Shown here: piece by piece, positions 50,999 to 59,394 of the stretch
How the letters are laid out: every line of letters begins with the position of its first letter
Position numbering within the stretch: position 1 is the first letter of the stretch
Source of the DNA: Candidatus Eiseniibacteriota bacterium
GTDB taxonomy: Bacteria; Eisenbacteria; RBG-16-71-46; JABDJR01
Assembly: GCA_963783375.1 (NCBI GenBank)
Contig: CAWANH010000029.1
Coordinates: forward strand, 768,001 to 832,000
DNA length: 64,000 bases
Direction: 5' to 3'
Made by a program: the position numbers and the translations under genes
The notes under the pieces: model-generated
What the model saw: only the letters and a program-made list of their open reading frames with translations
The model's database searches: none
Told to the model about the DNA's origin: nothing

Positions 50999-52582
50999 CT
51001 ACCGGCGCCGCCGGAACACCGTGTAGGTCTTCTGGGTGGCCGGGGGCGCATCCCGAGCCACGGTATAGAGTTCCCGGAAGCGGGGACGGGCCAGGAGCGC
51101 CCGGCGGAAGTCCAGACGATCGGGATTTCCCTCATAGTCCTTGAGCGCCCGCAGGCGATGCTCGTTCAGCTTGATTCCGTAGTCCCATACGATCCATCTC
51201 GGCTGCAGATCGAGCAGACGATCGAGGTCGTAGCGATGGTGGCCGGGGGCCCAGGCCCCGCCGTGGCGGGGGCGCCAGGCGCGGACGTCGGGATCGTTGA
51301 TTCCCAGCACGTCCAGGGTGGGGAGGCCCGAGAAGTACGGAATGGCTCCCGCGGCGGTCACCGCCACCGTGTCCCCCGGAGCAGCAACCTTGTCGAGCCA
51401 CCGGGCGAGTTCTTCACCGATCAACGGATAATCGGCGATCCGGTCCCGGGTGGACCAGCCCAGGGCCAGTTGAGCGGCCAGGACCCCGCCGACCACCAGG
51501 GCGTGGACGCGGGGGCGGCCGATTCCCCCCTCCGCCCGCCGCCAACCCTCGGCGAGCAGCAGATAGAATGCGGGTAACACCGGGGCCAGGTAGCGAGTCT
51601 TCCCCATCCAGTCTCCCCCCGCCGCCAGCACGAAGAGGCCCTGGAAGACCAGCCAACCCATCGGGAGGAGCGGCCACCACCGGGCCCCGTCCCGGGGCGC
51701 GGTCGTCCGCCGGCCTACCAGGAGCAATGTCCCGATCAAGACCGCCAGGGCGAGCCAGCCGGCGTGGGCCAGCGCCCACCCTCCCAGGTCGGCGGCTCCA
51801 TGCACCCACGGCGCGGCCCCGGTTTCCATCTTGGCGTAGAAGGTGTTCGGCACGACGCGGTGGTAGAGGCGCCAGCGCAGAAGCAGATACGCCGCCGCCG
51901 GGATCATGCCCAGAAGCCAGCCCGCGAGGAGGCGCCGCCGGGACCAGGCCCCCCAGACGAGCCACGTGAGGCCCCAAAGCGCCCAGGCTGGGCCCTCGGG
52001 TCTGGACAGGGTCAGAAGCGCCCCCAGTCCCCCCAGGGCGAGCCCTCGGGGGAAGCCGGCGCCCCCCTTGGGGGACGCCCCGGCCGCGACCCCCATCCAC
52101 CCCGCGATGAGGAGAGCCGCCGACACCGTCTCGAGCCCGGATCCCGCCCATACCGCCAGCCCTACATCGGTCGTCGTCCCAGCGACCAGGATGGCGGTGG
52201 CGGTCCCTCCCAGATTCCTCCGACGGGCCAGGGCGAACAGAACGGGCGTGAGCAGGAGGTAGGCCCCGAGTCCCAGCCAGGGAGCGGCGCGGTGGGGTGG
52301 GACGCCGAGGCGGGCACCCCCGGCCAGGACGAGGGTCCACAGAGGATTGGAGAATCCCTCGACCGCGGTCCCGCCGTTGAAGGTGAGGCCTTTCCCGGCG
52401 GCGAACCGGGCGGCGTAGCGAAAGGAGATGTACGCGTCGTCGACCATGGCCCCCCCGTGGGCCCGGAAGAGGACGGCGAAGAGCAGAACCTGAACAACCA
52501 GGAGGAGACCCACCAGGACCGCGGGCGAGCGAAGCAGGGATCGGGTTGGGGGGGCCGGAAGTGACTCTTCCGAAGTCCTCAT
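50999..52582 (-). CDS. Multi-TM GT-C-fold glycosyltransferase-like membrane protein
   Basis: DDAYISFRYA...GLTFN...VEGFSNPLW, SGLET, SRPEG, PNTFYAK, GGDWM...RYLAP, AGAIPYFS...DVLGIND. Confidence 0.75.
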   Translation of the reverse strand: MRTSEESLPAPPTRSLLRSPAVLVGLLLVVQVLLFAVLFRAHGGAMVDDAYISFRYAARFAAGKGLTFNGGTAVEGFSNPLWTLVLAGGARLGVPPHRAAPWLGLGAYLLLTPVLFALARRRNLGGTATAILVAGTTTDVGLAVWAGSGLETVSAALLIAGWMGVAAGASPKGGAGFPRGLALGGLGALLTLSRPEGPAWALWGLTWLVWGAWSRRRLLAGWLLGMIPAAAYLLLRWRLYHRVVPNTFYAKMETGAAPWVHGAADLGGWALAHAGWLALAVLIGTLLLVGRRTTAPRDGARWWPLLPMGWLVFQGLFVLAAGGDWMGKTRYLAPVLPAFYLLLAEGWRRAEGGIGRPRVHALVVGGVLAAQLALGWSTRDRIADYPLIGEELARWLDKVAAPGDTVAVTAAGAIPYFSGLPTLDVLGINDPDVRAWRPRHGGAWAPGHHRYDLDRLLDLQPRWIVWDYGIKLNEHRLRALKDYEGNPDRLDFRRALLARPRFRELYTVARDAPPATQKTYTVFRRRR

Positions 52583-52686
52583 CCAAGGTCTCCAGACCCG
52601 GTCCTACCCGATGGAGCCGGGCGTCCGCGACCGGCCACGGAGGGCCGGCCAAACCGGCCCGACCCTGAATTCGGGGGACCGTCGCG

Positions 52687-52720
52687 CGGACGGCCCGGAG
52701 CCGAAGCTCCGGGCCGTCCG
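52687..52720 (-). terminator. Strong hairpin downstream of tRNA-Leu
   Basis: 15-bp perfect stem with a C-UUCG-G loop on the minus strand; no U tract. Confidence 0.5.
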
Positions 52721-52735
52721 TCGGTCGCTCAAGAA

Positions 52736-52822
52736 TGGTGCGGAAGAGGGGACTTGAACCCCTACAGGATTGCTCCTACAAGGCCCTCAACCTTGCGCGT
52801 CTGCCAATTCCGCCACTTCCGC
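52736..52822 (-). tRNA. tRNA-Leu(GAG) with encoded CCA
   Basis: GCGGAAGTGGCGGAATTGGCAGACGCG CAAGG-TTGAGGG-CCTTG, long variable arm, GGTTCAAGTCC T-arm, ends CCGCACCA; canonical position after secG. Confidence 0.97.
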
Positions 52823-52839
52823 TCGAAGGTCCACGAGGC

Positions 52840-53334
52840 TCAATTTCCGCCGGGGGCGTCGCTCTTCGGCTGCGCGCCCTGATCCCCCTGGGCCGGCTGC
52901 TGCGCGGGTGCAGGCTGGCCGGCGGCCGGAGCCCCACCCCCCGGCTGGGCGCCAGCCGCGGGCGCTTCCATGTCCCCGCCCACCGGAGGCAACCCCTCCG
53001 CTCCCCCGCCGGGCATCTGGAGCGGCTGGGACGACGGAGGAGGCTGGGTGGCAGGGTTCACCTGCCCCTCCCGAATGACGCTGCGGGGAGCGTTATGGCT
53101 ACCCGACATGAGAGCCAGGACCAGGGAGGTGGTCATGAAGGCGATCCCCAGGACGGTGGTGGCCTTGCTCAGGAACGTGGCCGCGCCTCGACCGCCGAAC
53201 AGGCTCTGCCCCGCCCCCCCCATACCGCCGAAGGCGCCGGCCAGACCACCCCCCTTCCCGGACTGCAGAAGCACGACCAGGATGAGGGTCACACAGATGA
53301 TGAGATGCATACCCAGTAGGAACCCGTAGATCAC
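52840..53334 (-). CDS. secG: Preprotein translocase subunit SecG with a long Pro/Ala/Gln tail
   Basis: VVLLQSGKGGGLAGAFGG...FGGRGAATFLSKAT; AAGGAG RBS before the GTG. Confidence 0.94.
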   Translation of the reverse strand: MIYGFLLGMHLIICVTLILVVLLQSGKGGGLAGAFGGMGGAGQSLFGGRGAATFLSKATTVLGIAFMTTSLVLALMSGSHNAPRSVIREGQVNPATQPPPSSQPLQMPGGGAEGLPPVGGDMEAPAAGAQPGGGAPAAGQPAPAQQPAQGDQGAQPKSDAPGGN

Positions 53335-53405
53335 GCGCGTCTCCTTGACTGCAAGACGGGGCCGCTTCGCCCCGGGCAAAGCCGCACCCGTTCAAAGGAC
53401 GGGCA

Positions 53406-53434
53406 AGTGTAGCAAGCCCGCCGGGGAGCGTCAA
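53406..53434 (-). promoter_or_regulatory. Putative sigma70 promoter for secG and tRNA-Leu
   Basis: TTGACG-N17-TACACT with a TGn extension; the -35 overlaps the tpiA stop codon. Confidence 0.65.
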
Positions 53435-54210
53435 CCGCGGGGAGGGGGGGACAACGGAGCCGAGGCCTCCACGATCGGAAGGAAGGTCTCCGCCTTGAGG
53501 CAGGCCCCCCCGACCAGGGCGCCGTCGATGTCCGCCCGCTCCAGAAGCGTCCGGGCGTTGTCCGGTTTCACGCTCCCCCCATAGAGGATGCGGATGCCCG
53601 ACGCGGCCTCGGCGCCCAGGACCCGCCCCAGCTCGCGACGCAGATGCGCGTGGGCGTCCTGGGCCTGCTCGGGGCTCGCGGTGTTGCCGGTCCCGATCGC
53701 CCAGACCGGCTCGTAGGCCACGACCAGGCTCGCGGGACTCCTCAGGGCCACTCCCCCCAGCGATCCCACCACCTGCCGGGAAAGGACCACTTCGGTCGCG
53801 CCCGCCTTGCGTTCCTCCTCGGTCTCCCCCACGCAGACGATGGGGGTGAGACCCGCCTCCAGCGCCGCCACGGCCTTCCGCCGCACCCGGGCGTCGGTCT
53901 CACCGAACAGGGTCCGACGCTCGGAGTGTCCGAGAATGACCCACCGGCATCCCGCCTCCAGGATCATGGGTGCCGAGACCTCGCCGGTAAAGGCCCCCGA
54001 GGATTCCCAGTGCATTTCCTGGGCCCCGAGCCCGACCGGCGACCCGGCCAGGACCTCCGCGGCCTGCGGGAGGAGAGTGAACGGCGGGCAGTAGACCACC
54101 TCGCAGGGGGGGGACGGGCCCACCCCCCGTCTCACCTGTTCCAGGAGCGCAACCAGGCCCGCCCGGTCCAGGTTCATCTTCACGTTGCCGGCAATGATGG
54201 GTTTTCGCAC
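53431..54210 (-). CDS. tpiA: Triosephosphate isomerase
   Basis: GAFTGEVS, GHSERR, AYEPVWAIGTG, LYGGSV, LVGGA. Confidence 0.97.
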   Translation of the reverse strand: MRKPIIAGNVKMNLDRAGLVALLEQVRRGVGPSPPCEVVYCPPFTLLPQAAEVLAGSPVGLGAQEMHWESSGAFTGEVSAPMILEAGCRWVILGHSERRTLFGETDARVRRKAVAALEAGLTPIVCVGETEEERKAGATEVVLSRQVVGSLGGVALRSPASLVVAYEPVWAIGTGNTASPEQAQDAHAHLRRELGRVLGAEAASGIRILYGGSVKPDNARTLLERADIDGALVGGACLKAETFLPIVEASAPLSPPPRG

Positions 54211-54213
54211 CGG

Positions 54214-55413
54214 TCAGCTCCGATCCGTCAGGGCGACCACGCCGGGCAGGTCCTTCCCCTCCAGGAACTCCAGGAAGGCGCCTCCACCGGTGGAAACATG
54301 GGTATACGCGTTCTTGTCCAACCCCAGGCGGGCGATGGCCGCCACGGAGTCGCCCCCCCCCACCACCACCGTTCCCCCTCGCTCGTGGACCTTGGCCAGG
54401 GCGCGGGCAACGGCCCGGGTCCCTTCGGCGAAGGCCGGCACCTCGAAGATTCCCAGCGGTCCGTTCCACACCACGGTCTGGGCGTCGGCGAGCTTCTCCT
54501 CGAACAGGGCTACGGTCCGGGGCCCGATGTCCACCCCCATGACCCCGGGGGGAATGTCCGGCCCCTCCGATTCCTGCTTGGGCTCGGATCCGTCCGCGGC
54601 CGACGAAACGATGGAATCCACGGGGAGCAGCAGCTCCACGCCGGCCTTCCGGGCTTCGGTGAGAACGGACCCCGCCAGCGCCACCCGATCCGACTCCACC
54701 AGCGAATCCCCGATCTCGTGTCCCTGGGCCTTGTAGAAGGTGTAGGTCATCCCGCCTCCGATCATGATGCGGTCGACCTTGTCGAGGAGATTGTTGAGGA
54801 CGTCGATCTTTCCCGAGATCTTGGCTCCCCCCAGAATGGCCACGAAAGGCCGCCGTGGATCCTGGAGGGCCTCTCCGAGATAGCGGAGCTCCTGCTCCAA
54901 CAGAAGACCGGCCGCCGCCTGCTTGAAGCGGTGGGCCACCGCCTCGGTGGAGGCGTGCGCGCGATGGGCGGCCCCGAAGGCGTCGTTCACATAGACGTCG
55001 CCGAGCTGAGCCAGTTGTTGCGCAAATCCGGAATCGTTGGCTTCTTCCTCGGGATGAAAGCGGAGATTCTCCAGGAGCAGAACCTGGCCGTCCTCCAGCT
55101 TTTCGCTGGCCTCGAGGGCAGCGCTTCCGACGCAGTCGTCGACGAACCGGATCTCCCGTCCCAGGAGCTTGGCCAGGCGCTTGGCCACCGGCTCCAGCGA
55201 GTACTTGGGATCGGCGGTTCCTTTCGGCCGGCCCAAATGGGACATGAGGACCACCCGGGCCCCACGTTCGACCAGGTTTCGAACGGTCGGTAGTGAAGCG
55301 ACGATGCGCGTGTCGTCGGTGATCTCACCGTCCTTGAGGGGAACGTTGTAGTCCACGCGGACAAGCACGCGCTTCCCCGCAACGTCCAGATCCTCCAGGC
55401 TGAGCTTGGCCAT
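54214..55413 (-). CDS. pgk: Phosphoglycerate kinase
   Basis: RVDYNVP, SHLGRP, LLENLRF, DAFGAAHR, GGGDS, STGGGA. Confidence 0.98.
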   Translation of the reverse strand: MAKLSLEDLDVAGKRVLVRVDYNVPLKDGEITDDTRIVASLPTVRNLVERGARVVLMSHLGRPKGTADPKYSLEPVAKRLAKLLGREIRFVDDCVGSAALEASEKLEDGQVLLLENLRFHPEEEANDSGFAQQLAQLGDVYVNDAFGAAHRAHASTEAVAHRFKQAAAGLLLEQELRYLGEALQDPRRPFVAILGGAKISGKIDVLNNLLDKVDRIMIGGGMTYTFYKAQGHEIGDSLVESDRVALAGSVLTEARKAGVELLLPVDSIVSSAADGSEPKQESEGPDIPPGVMGVDIGPRTVALFEEKLADAQTVVWNGPLGIFEVPAFAEGTRAVARALAKVHERGGTVVVGGGDSVAAIARLGLDKNAYTHVSTGGGAFLEFLEGKDLPGVVALTDRS

Positions 55414-55416
55414 GGC

Positions 55417-56415
55417 CTATCCCCGGCTGCGGATCAGATCCAGAAGATCCAGAACCCGCATGGAGAAGCCCCACTCATTGTCGTACCAGGACAGGACCTT
55501 GACCAGGTTTCCCTCCATGACCGAGCTCATCTTGGAGTCGTAGATGCTCGAGTGCGGGTCGTGTACGACGTCGGACGAGACCAGATCATCCTCGCTGTAC
55601 CTGAGCACGCCCTTCATGGGCCCCGCCGCAGCCTGCTTCATCGCGGCGTGCATCTCCTCCTTCGTGGTGTTCTTCTCCAGCTCGGCCACGAGGTCCACCA
55701 GCGATCCGGTGGTCACCGGGACACGCACCGCGATACCGTCCAGCTTTCCCTTGAGATCCGGAATCACCAGCCCGATGGCTCGAGCCGCTCCGGTGGTGGT
55801 CGGGATCTGGTTGACCGCCGCCGCCCGGGCTCGACGCAGATCCTTGTGGGGCAGGTCGAGGAGCCGCTGATCGTTGGTGTAGGCATGAATGGTCGTCATC
55901 CACCCGCGCTTGATCTTCCAGTTGTCGTGAAGCACCTTGGCCACCGGAGCCAGACAGTTGGTGGTGCAGGAAGCGTTGGACATCACGAAGTGTTTGGAGG
56001 GGTCGTAGTCCTCGGTGTTCACGCCCAGAACCATGGTCAGATCCGCGCCCTTGGACGGCGCGCTCACAATGACTCTCCGGGCCCCGGCCTCCAGATGGAC
56101 CGCCGCCTTCTCCCGGTCGGTGAATCTCCCGGTGGCCTCGAGCACCACGTCCACGCCCATCTCCTTCCACGGGAGCTTCCGGGGATCGGTTTCGCAAAGC
56201 ACCTTTACCCGAACGTCCCCGCACCGGATGACGTCACCGTCGAGGACCACCTCTTCCTGCAGATTTCCCTGGACCGAGTCGTGCTTGAAGAGATGCGCAA
56301 GGGTCTTTGCATCGGTGATGTCGTTTACCGCCACAAACTCGAGGTCGGGACGGCTCAACGCGCCCCGCAACACCTGCCGTCCGATTCGCCCGAATCCGTT
56401 GATCGCTACTTTCAT
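55417..56415 (-). CDS. gap: Glyceraldehyde-3-phosphate dehydrogenase (type I)
   Basis: [28 protein letters not shown]. Confidence 0.98.
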   Translation of the reverse strand: MKVAINGFGRIGRQVLRGALSRPDLEFVAVNDITDAKTLAHLFKHDSVQGNLQEEVVLDGDVIRCGDVRVKVLCETDPRKLPWKEMGVDVVLEATGRFTDREKAAVHLEAGARRVIVSAPSKGADLTMVLGVNTEDYDPSKHFVMSNASCTTNCLAPVAKVLHDNWKIKRGWMTTIHAYTNDQRLLDLPHKDLRRARAAAVNQIPTTTGAARAIGLVIPDLKGKLDGIAVRVPVTTGSLVDLVAELEKNTTKEEMHAAMKQAAAGPMKGVLRYSEDDLVSSDVVHDPHSSIYDSKMSSVMEGNLVKVLSWYDNEWGFSMRVLDLLDLIRSRG

Positions 56416-56600
56416 GCCTGACTTCCTTTTCTGTACCCTCCCCGGGAGCCGGGTGCGGTCCGGAGGGCTTTTCCGGGGACGGCGGGGAACGACGATTTAC
56501 GGAATGTGGGGCCCGGCGGAGTTCCGTCCCAATCCCCGCCCTTCACGCTCCCGGGCCCACAAAAGCAAGAATGCCGGTCTCTTTCGAGATCGACAATTCG

Positions 56601-56629
56601 ATGGTATGCGCGGCGTTAGACCCTGTCAA
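56601..56629 (-). promoter_or_regulatory. Putative sigma70 promoter for gap-pgk-tpiA
   Basis: TTGACA-N17-TACCAT. Confidence 0.65.
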
Positions 56630-56715
56630 GCCGCACCTGACCCGTCCGATGGCGCCGCCTCCCCCACCCCGCAAGACCGCGGGGATGATCCCGGGACCCC
56701 TCCCGTCCGGCGGCG

Positions 56716-58218
56716 TCAATAGCCGATGAAATCGGATGAATAACGTAGGATATACCGGCCGGTTCCGGACTCGTCCACGAACACGAACTTGAGTCCGGTG
56801 ACGCTGGTCGTTCGTTCTCGATCCGGGAAGAGCGGGCTTCCCTGACGAGTGTAGGTCCAGATTTCGTAGGGTCGCGTGTCGACTTCGTCGTTGGTGGCCA
56901 GAGTGCGCCCCGCGGCATTCTGCTCGGACAATCCGGCCACCAGCTGATCGAGTTGATTGTCCTGGGTGGGGAGGAGTTCCCGCTCGATCTCGTCCGGTTC
57001 GCCGAATCGAATGTACATCCGGCCCCGATCGCTGAGCATGCCCTTCCCGTCCGACCCGAAATGTCGGGTGGCGTACGCCACCCGGCGCAGAAACTCCTGC
57101 CGCAGCGGGTTGCCGGCGCTGGTGGGATCGGGATCCGCATCCGCCCAGAACTTCTCCACGTACTGTTCCCGGTCGCCGGTGGACATGCTCCGGAACCGAT
57201 CGTACTCCTTCTCGGTAAAGAGAACGCGAGCTTCGTTCAGGATCTCCTGTTCGGTTCGATCCCATGAACCGGTCTTCCACAAAAGGTTGAAGCTCCGGGA
57301 GGAATTCGCCTCGCCGCCGTCGGCCGAGTCCCGCACCGAGACGGCCAGGGTGTACTCCCCGCTCGGCAGAGCGCTCACATCGAAGGTCATCACCTTGACC
57401 CACTCCCGGCTGCCCGACCGCACCGTGTCCGGCACGATCCTGACCGTCTCTCCGGACGGATCCTGAAGCAGGTGATCTATATAGTAGGTCTTCGCCACGC
57501 CCAGGGAATCGCGCAGGTCGTAGACCTCGTAATAAGCGCTCACTCTGGACAGGAAGAGGCCGTAGCCCCGGGAAGGATTCGGCACGACGTCGAGATCGTT
57601 CTTCTCGAAGGGGCTGTCGGGGGAACCCTCATGGACCTCCCAGGCGAATTGGATATCGCTCACCCCGAACCGCTTCCCCACGAACGGAGGCGGGATGAGG
57701 GCGCCTTCGGCCTTCCCGTTCTTGCGCTTCCCGGTGAACAGGTAGAGGATTCCGCGTTTCCTCGCGTTCAGATCCTCGACCTGGACCTCCACCGAGGCGG
57801 CGCGGGGATCGAGGGGCTCCCGGAGGAGAAGAATCTGCGCGTGATCCGGCGAAACCGCCACATCGCCGTCGGCCACCTGAAACTGATAACGGTGACCCGC
57901 CTTCCCCAGCTCGTTGTCATCCGCATCCTTGAAGGTGAGCTGGACATAGACCTTGCCCGTATAGACCGAGTCCGCGTCGGGCTCGAACGTGAGCTGGTTG
58001 TTGGAGATCTTGAAGTAGTACTCCTCCTGCACCCCTCCGTTGCTCCCGCGGAACCCGGCATAGTCGGCCTGAAACCAGATATCCCCCGTCGACGCCAGGG
58101 GAAAGTCCGGCGCCGCCGTCGCTGGAGTGGCCGAAATCAAGGCGAAGAGCAGTGGAGCCACGGCGACTGGGACCGCTCCTCTCAGGAAAGACATAACGGC
58201 GTGGGTTTTTGGCGTCAT
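56716..58218 (-). CDS. GWxTD-domain exported protein (variant motif GMLSD)
   Basis: Signal peptide; FWADADPDP...NPLRQEFLRRVAYA...F...GMLSDRGRMYIRFGEPD...YEIWTY...FVFVD. Confidence 0.82.
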   Translation of the reverse strand: MTPKTHAVMSFLRGAVPVAVAPLLFALISATPATAAPDFPLASTGDIWFQADYAGFRGSNGGVQEEYYFKISNNQLTFEPDADSVYTGKVYVQLTFKDADDNELGKAGHRYQFQVADGDVAVSPDHAQILLLREPLDPRAASVEVQVEDLNARKRGILYLFTGKRKNGKAEGALIPPPFVGKRFGVSDIQFAWEVHEGSPDSPFEKNDLDVVPNPSRGYGLFLSRVSAYYEVYDLRDSLGVAKTYYIDHLLQDPSGETVRIVPDTVRSGSREWVKVMTFDVSALPSGEYTLAVSVRDSADGGEANSSRSFNLLWKTGSWDRTEQEILNEARVLFTEKEYDRFRSMSTGDREQYVEKFWADADPDPTSAGNPLRQEFLRRVAYATRHFGSDGKGMLSDRGRMYIRFGEPDEIERELLPTQDNQLDQLVAGLSEQNAAGRTLATNDEVDTRPYEIWTYTRQGSPLFPDRERTTSVTGLKFVFVDESGTGRYILRYSSDFIGY

Positions 58219-58282
58219 GATCACCTTCCGACCCGGCCGGGGCCCGGGTAGGATCGGAGCCGGACGGCCCGGCCCCAGAAGT

Positions 58283-58325
58283 AAAGCAAAACGGGCAGTA
58301 CGGTCCGGTCTCACCGTACTGCCCG
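58283..58325 (-). terminator. Intrinsic terminator after the PorV-family gene
   Basis: 13-bp stem CGGGCAGTACGGT/ACCGTACTGCCCG followed on the minus strand by TTTTGCTTT. Confidence 0.8.
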
Positions 58326-58396
58326 CCCGACTGCGGTGAACCGGTTGCCCGCGGCTTCGGCGGGCCCGGCTTCTTTGTCTCGTTCCCGGCGACCCG

Positions 58397-59353
58397 CTAG
58401 AAGTTGATCTCCAGGGAGAACCGATGGGCCCCGGACAGGTCCGCGAGATCCGTGTACGAGTAGTCGAAACGCGTTGCCGAGGAGAGCGACGTGGGGAATT
58501 TCACCCCCAACCCGGCGCTGTAGCTCTCGGCGTCGTACCCGAAGTTGTAACCGCCCCGAAGGAAGAAGAAGTCCTTGTAGGCGTACTCGGCGCCCCAGTT
58601 CAGCCGCTCGTTGTTGTCCGGAGGGTGGCTGAATTCCGCGGTGGTCAGGACCTGATGGTCCAGAGCCTGGAACACGTTCATGGCCGCCCCGACCCGGAAA
58701 AGGATCGGGAGTTTGGCCGACTTTGCGTTGTCGATGTACGACAACTGCGAACCCATGTTCTGGATTTCCATCCCGATCTTCAACGAACGGTAACCCGTGT
58801 CGTACAGCGTGCCCACATCGAAGGACAGGGCGTTGGAACTGAGGTTGTCCAATCCCGCGTGGACCAGGCTGGCGGTCACACCGACCGAAAACTTGTCCGT
58901 GAGGGACCGGGCATAGGTCAACCCGAAGGCCGAATATCCGGCATCGAAGTACGTGCCGTCTCCGTCCGGCTTGTACACGGTGGTCCGGGCCATCTGGTCC
59001 ATGTACAGGGACCGGGCGTGAACGGCCAGCATCCCGGGAAGGAAACTCAAGCTGAAGACATACGCACCCTGGGTGAGGTTGGTGTCCGACACCCAGTTCA
59101 GGTGGTTGACGGAGACGACGTTGCCCTGGAGGCGGGCGATTCCGGCCGGATTCCAGTACACCGCCGAGGCATCATCGGCCACCGCCACGAAAGCTCCTCC
59201 CATGGCGGTCGCTCTGGCCCCGATCGGGATCTTCAGGAACTGGCCGTCATAGGTTCCCACCTTCTCGAAGAATTTCGCCGCCTCTGCCTTCGACGGCGGA
59301 AACCCCGCCGCGGCAAGGCCCAGAAGCGTGAGCGCCACGACCGTTCTTTTCAC
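58397..59353 (-). CDS. PorV/PorQ (UPF0164) family outer-membrane beta-barrel
   Basis: KVGTYDGQFLKIPIGARATAMGGAFVAVADDASAVYWNPAG...WGAEY...FLRGGY...FDYSY...HRFSLEINF; AAGGAGG RBS before GTG 59353. Confidence 0.88.
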   Translation of the reverse strand: MKRTVVALTLLGLAAAGFPPSKAEAAKFFEKVGTYDGQFLKIPIGARATAMGGAFVAVADDASAVYWNPAGIARLQGNVVSVNHLNWVSDTNLTQGAYVFSLSFLPGMLAVHARSLYMDQMARTTVYKPDGDGTYFDAGYSAFGLTYARSLTDKFSVGVTASLVHAGLDNLSSNALSFDVGTLYDTGYRSLKIGMEIQNMGSQLSYIDNAKSAKLPILFRVGAAMNVFQALDHQVLTTAEFSHPPDNNERLNWGAEYAYKDFFFLRGGYNFGYDAESYSAGLGVKFPTSLSSATRFDYSYTDLADLSGAHRFSLEINF

Positions 59354-59394
59354 CGCAGTACCTCCTTGTGCCCTCATCCGCCGGCTGGAACCCG

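Noticed and set aside
52736-52822. Genomic island integrated at tRNA-Leu
   Set aside because: No integrase, and I saw no duplicated tRNA 3' end in the window.
54175-54195. TpiA motif GNVKMN instead of GNWKMN
   Set aside because: Catalytic Lys, His and Glu are retained; a single substitution is not informative.
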